A stretch of 64,000 nucleotides of DNA from Lama glama (lineage: Eukaryota): NCBI GenBank assembly GCA_028534125.1, contig CM052816.1:4404001-4468000 (forward strand), given 5' to 3'. This document shows positions 60,321 through 64,000 of the stretch, piece by piece. The notes under the pieces are model-generated. The model saw nothing but the letters and a program-made list of their open reading frames with translations, had not been told where the DNA came from and ran no database searches. Positions within the stretch are counted from its first letter, which is position 1, and every line of letters starts with the position of its first letter. Position numbers and translations under genes: made by a program.

Positions 60321-61394
60321 TACCTTAAAAGTTCACCACCATCAGGAAGCCTGTCTTATTTAACTGACCTGGTTATATCATTTAAAATGCTCCTGACCTG
60401 AAGGTTCCCCTAGACCAATACAACTGAGGTTTTAGATGCAACATAAAATGATCTTTGCACAAATCATCCAATAATAAATAATTTTAAAAGAAAAAGAAGT
60501 CCACTGTCTTAGATTAGCACCTGGGATCTCTCACAAAGGCACCACCCCAAGAACTGACCACAAATGTTAACACTCTTCTTCTCAGAGCTCTGCTGGCTTC
60601 TCATTTAAGAACTTGAGAAAAGGAAACAGGTAGAGTTTCAACCTCTAATACGCAGCCCCTCTGCATGAGGACAGGTTTGCCTGCAATAAAGTAATTACGT
60701 AATTTTTACAATAAAATATCATTTACCTCACCACTCCATCAAAAAAAAAGTAATTTTTTCCTTGTTGAAAGGATCTGACTTTTCAAAAGATTAAAGGTGG
60801 TGACTGCAATATTTCTGAGGCAAAAGACCAAAAAAAAAAAAAAAAAGAACATTGCTGCTAGCATAGCCACAGAGTGAAAATGATCTGATTGTTGCAAGGA
60901 CATTGTTCTGAATATGAGATGACTCTAAAGCAGCAACAGACTTTCCATATTTAATATGAGTCTTTGGACAAAATTAAATTTTAGAACAGTATAAGGTCAC
61001 ACAGTCAATATGCCAACCCTTTTTACATTTATTTTAATCTCATCTCCCAGCATTGTCACCAGATCCTTGCCTTCTCTCCATCTCCATAAATAAACTGTGT
61101 TGACTCTTGAACCTGTGCTCACTCGCTTGGCTTAATTACCTTCCACAGGAATGAATTCACTTCCTATTTCCATAAAGTAGCCCGTATGGTCACCTCACTG
61201 CTTTCCCTCCCTGCTTTGCTCATTTTGGTAATCCTCCCTAGGGAGAGCGGACAAACCCATCCCATCCCTTCCTCTTCAGTTGTTTCTTTCTTGACTGTTA
61301 CTGCTCTCGCTCTCGCTCTCTTGTTAGAGAGCACTGAACACTTTTCTGCCTTGCAGCTCCCTTACCATAACTAACTGTGTGCCTGCTTTCCTTT

Positions 61395-61850
61395 CCCCCT
61401 CTCACCCCTCATACCTTAGCCACAATGGCCTCTTTCTATTTCTGGAGCAAAGACCTTCCACTGACCCCGGGGCCTTTGCACTGCATATTTCCTCTACCTG
61501 AATGCCTGGCTGTCAAGTCTTGTCTTGGGCCCCACCCACTTCACATCCTCCTCTGAGAGGGTGTCCTGACTCTGACTGTGCTCCCCATCTCCTCGCTTAA
61601 ACTCACTTATGATCACCTCTCTGTCTGCTTCCTTCAACGTGCTGTTGCACTGTAGCTGTCTTGATCTTTCTTTTCTTTTCTTTTCTTTTCTTTTTTTTTA
61701 AACTTATTTCTTGTCCGTGTCCCTCTAACTAGAATGCAAGCTCAGTGAGGTCGGGAATCATGCTGAATGAAGCCTCGTTCCCTGCTGAATGAAGCCCAGT
61801 TCCTAGCACCGCGTCTAGCTCTTCAGGTGCTTGGTAAATGTTCGCAGACC
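61395..61850 (+). mobile_element. LINE-2 3' end
   Basis: 'gccacaatggcctctttctatttctggagc','gggcctttgcactgc','ctagaatgcaagctcagtgaggtcgggaa','ggtgcttggtaaatgttcg'. Confidence 0.8.
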
Positions 61851-62015
61851 AGTGAGGGAAAAGAGGGAGGTCAAGTAACCTTATGAATAGGAGCCACTTG
61901 AGTAGAACTTTTTAGTTACAGAGGAGAAAACCAAGTACTAACTGGACTCTCTTGGGGGAGAAGCACAGCTACCTATTATCATTACAATTTGGGGAGGCAG
62001 CAGGGGGTCTAAGGC

Positions 62016-62179
62016 CAGGTTTTCAAACATTTCATATGCATATTGAACACCTAATGCTTTAACTGCAAAACTCAGCGCCCTTCTCCAGGGATTCTGCTCT
62101 GGAGTAAGGCGAAAGAATCTTAAACAAGAACCCAAGGATTCTGATACATGGTCCACGGAACACGTTCTGAAAAATACCA
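62016..62179. mobile_element. MER5A-like hAT-Charlie MITE
   Basis: 'caggttttcaaac...ggattctgatacatggtccacggaacacgttctgaaaaatacca'; NNNTANAG-type flanks gtctaagg / ttctagag. Confidence 0.7.
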
Positions 62180-62969
62180 TTCTAGAGCTGAGGTGGTGGT
62201 ATAGAGTCAACTAGGTGGTGCCTTTCTCAGGGATTTATTGGCACATAACAATTTTACAAAAGAGCCAAGCAGACTTTGTGGAGTAAGGGCAATAGGGTAA
62301 CTTCCCTTTAAGGTTTAATGTTAATAGAAGGTATCTGATGGAGAATGGGTTGGTTATGACTGAGGCCAAGTGGATTACCAGAGGATTCCTTTGGGCCCAG
62401 AGAAGAACCCTTGTGGGAAGACAGGGTTGTAGGCTGGGGTACAGAGAGAACACTTTAGGTGATACCCTCCCTGACCCAGCCTCCCTGGCGGATCTCAACT
62501 GAAACAGCCTTCCTAAGAGGCCCATCTCAATGGTCTAGAGCAGGGTTTTTGTTTGTTGTTCATTTTAAGTGTGGGAAACAATTAACTGAATGCAAAGCAA
62601 AATCTTTCTTCAAAACGTCGGGAGGAATAGGGTGAAGGAGAGGGTGACCCCAGGGTTCTACATCTTCTTGTGAGATGCATCTTTCTCATCCAGGCAGGAT
62701 GATTCTTAGAGTGATCATCTGAGGGAGACTGAGGGTAAGAAATCTCAGGACCAGACTCCTCATTCATCTGAGCATGAGTCAGAGTCAATTTGAGCATTAA
62801 GACAAATATGACCTTATTTTGTTCTTGTAGGTAGGTGAGGTCTGGAGATATTGGTAACGCTTAGCAAGATTGAAATGCATCTGAACAAACTTGCCCATTT
62901 GGGAGACAGGAAAACTGAGGATAAGAAAGAGGACAAGAGCTGGTCAACACCATATGGCTGCAAATCCAA

Positions 62970-63250
62970 AATTCACTTATTCACTTAAACTTTTAAATAT
63001 CTTTTGAGCATCTACCATAGAGCTTAGTTCTTGTAGATAAACACGAATTTCAATTCAATAAACATTTACAAATCCCCTACTATGAGCCTGGCACTGGGAT
63101 GGACATGGGGGATGTGAAAATAAATCAGACACAGATTTTCTGTTGAGGTGCTCACTGTGTAATGGAGAAGAGGCAGATTTACAAAGAAGAGATCATTGTA
63201 CGATGTGATAAATGCCACTCTTGATGAATGTGTATCACGGGATCACACCT
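62970..63250 (-). mobile_element. LINE-2 3' fragments (two adjacent tails)
   Basis: 'attcaataaacatttac..atcccctactatgagcctggcactggg...aaataaatcagacacag...tgctcactgtgtaatggagaag'. Confidence 0.7.
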
Positions 63251-63394
63251 AAAATGTAAAAAGCCATCTTCTTATCTTATTCATGATAACAAACAAATCT
63301 AATAACATGTATTAGACTTAACTAAAGAGGTTTATTATTAAAACCGAATAGGATAAGCCCTGAAAACAAGCAGGAACACTTTAAAATCTACATC

Positions 63395-64000
63395 ATTAAT
63401 CATTTGAGAAATGCAAAACAAAGTCACAATGAGACACCACTCTGCACCTACGAGAATGCCTAAAATTTAAAGCACTAACCATGTCAGGCACTGGCAAATA
63501 TGTAGAGCAACTGGAACTCTCACACCTTGCCAGGAGGATTGTAAAATAGCAAAGACACTTTGTAAAACAGTTTAGAAAACAGTACACTCCATCTGGCTTA
63601 AAAAGCTAAAATTTATTTACTATACAATCCAGCCACTTAACTCCAAGGTATTTATCCAAGAGAAAAGAAAGTCAAGGTTCAAAGACTTACACACAAATGT
63701 TCACAGCAGCTTTATTTGTCATCACCCCAAATGGGAAGCCACCTAAATGTTTTTCAACGGGTGATTGGACAGTCACTGGTTAGATATCCACACAACAGAA
63801 TATTACTCAGCAATGAAAAGGAAGGAATTATCAGCACACACAACAACAAGGATGAATCTCACAACAATCATGCCGAGTGAAAGAAGCCAGAAAAACAGCA
63901 CAAAGGATGTATGATTCCATTTTTATGCAATACTAGAAAGTGTAATTTCTAGGGATAAAATGCAAATCAGTGGTTGCCTGGTGAGGGGTTTGTGGTGCAT
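63395..64000 (+). mobile_element. Old L1 (L1ME/L1MC-like) 3' region, runs off the window
   Basis: 'catcattaatcatttgagaaatgcaaaacaaagtcacaatgagacaccac','ggatgaatctcacaacaatcatgccgagtgaaagaagccaga'. Confidence 0.88.

Noticed and set aside
61761..61803. 22-bp tandem duplication (tgctgaatgaagcc...) in L2
   Set aside because: Ordinary local slippage duplication in a dead repeat.
1..64000. Inferring the host gene strand from L1 orientation bias, or naming the locus
   Set aside because: Roughly 12 plus versus 8 minus L1 pieces is not a meaningful bias, and no recognisable coding exon identifies the locus.

Overview
Mammalian nuclear DNA, almost certainly from a camelid (alpaca/llama/camel). Three copies of a tRNA-headed SINE match the camelid Vic-1 type, and several L1 3' ends are of the cetartiodactyl/camelid type. 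The window is gene-poor and looks like intergenic or deep intronic sequence. I find no credible protein-coding gene, RNA gene, CpG-island promoter or CRISPR-like array. The supplied ORFs are transposon remnants (ERVL gag/RT/RNaseH/IN/dUTPase, L1 ORF2), N-gap artefacts or chance ORFs. A large part of the sequence is recognisable interspersed repeat: MIR, L2, old and young L1, MaLR (MLT1), ERVL and ERV1 LTRs, and hAT-Charlie MITEs. There is a 500-N assembly gap at 22809-23308. I did not find a new biological system. The most notable observations concern insertion mechanisms: a SINE-head/L1-tail chimera inside one target-site duplication (TSD), two oppositely oriented nested ERVL proviruses, a twin-primed L1 later hit by a solo LTR, a short L1 3' transduction, an internally primed L1 fragment and a 16-bp L1 remnant. 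There are also a few candidate small exons and candidate conserved non-coding or enhancer blocks. Repeat family names come from recalled consensus sequences, not a database search. Boundaries of old repeats are approximate to tens of bp.
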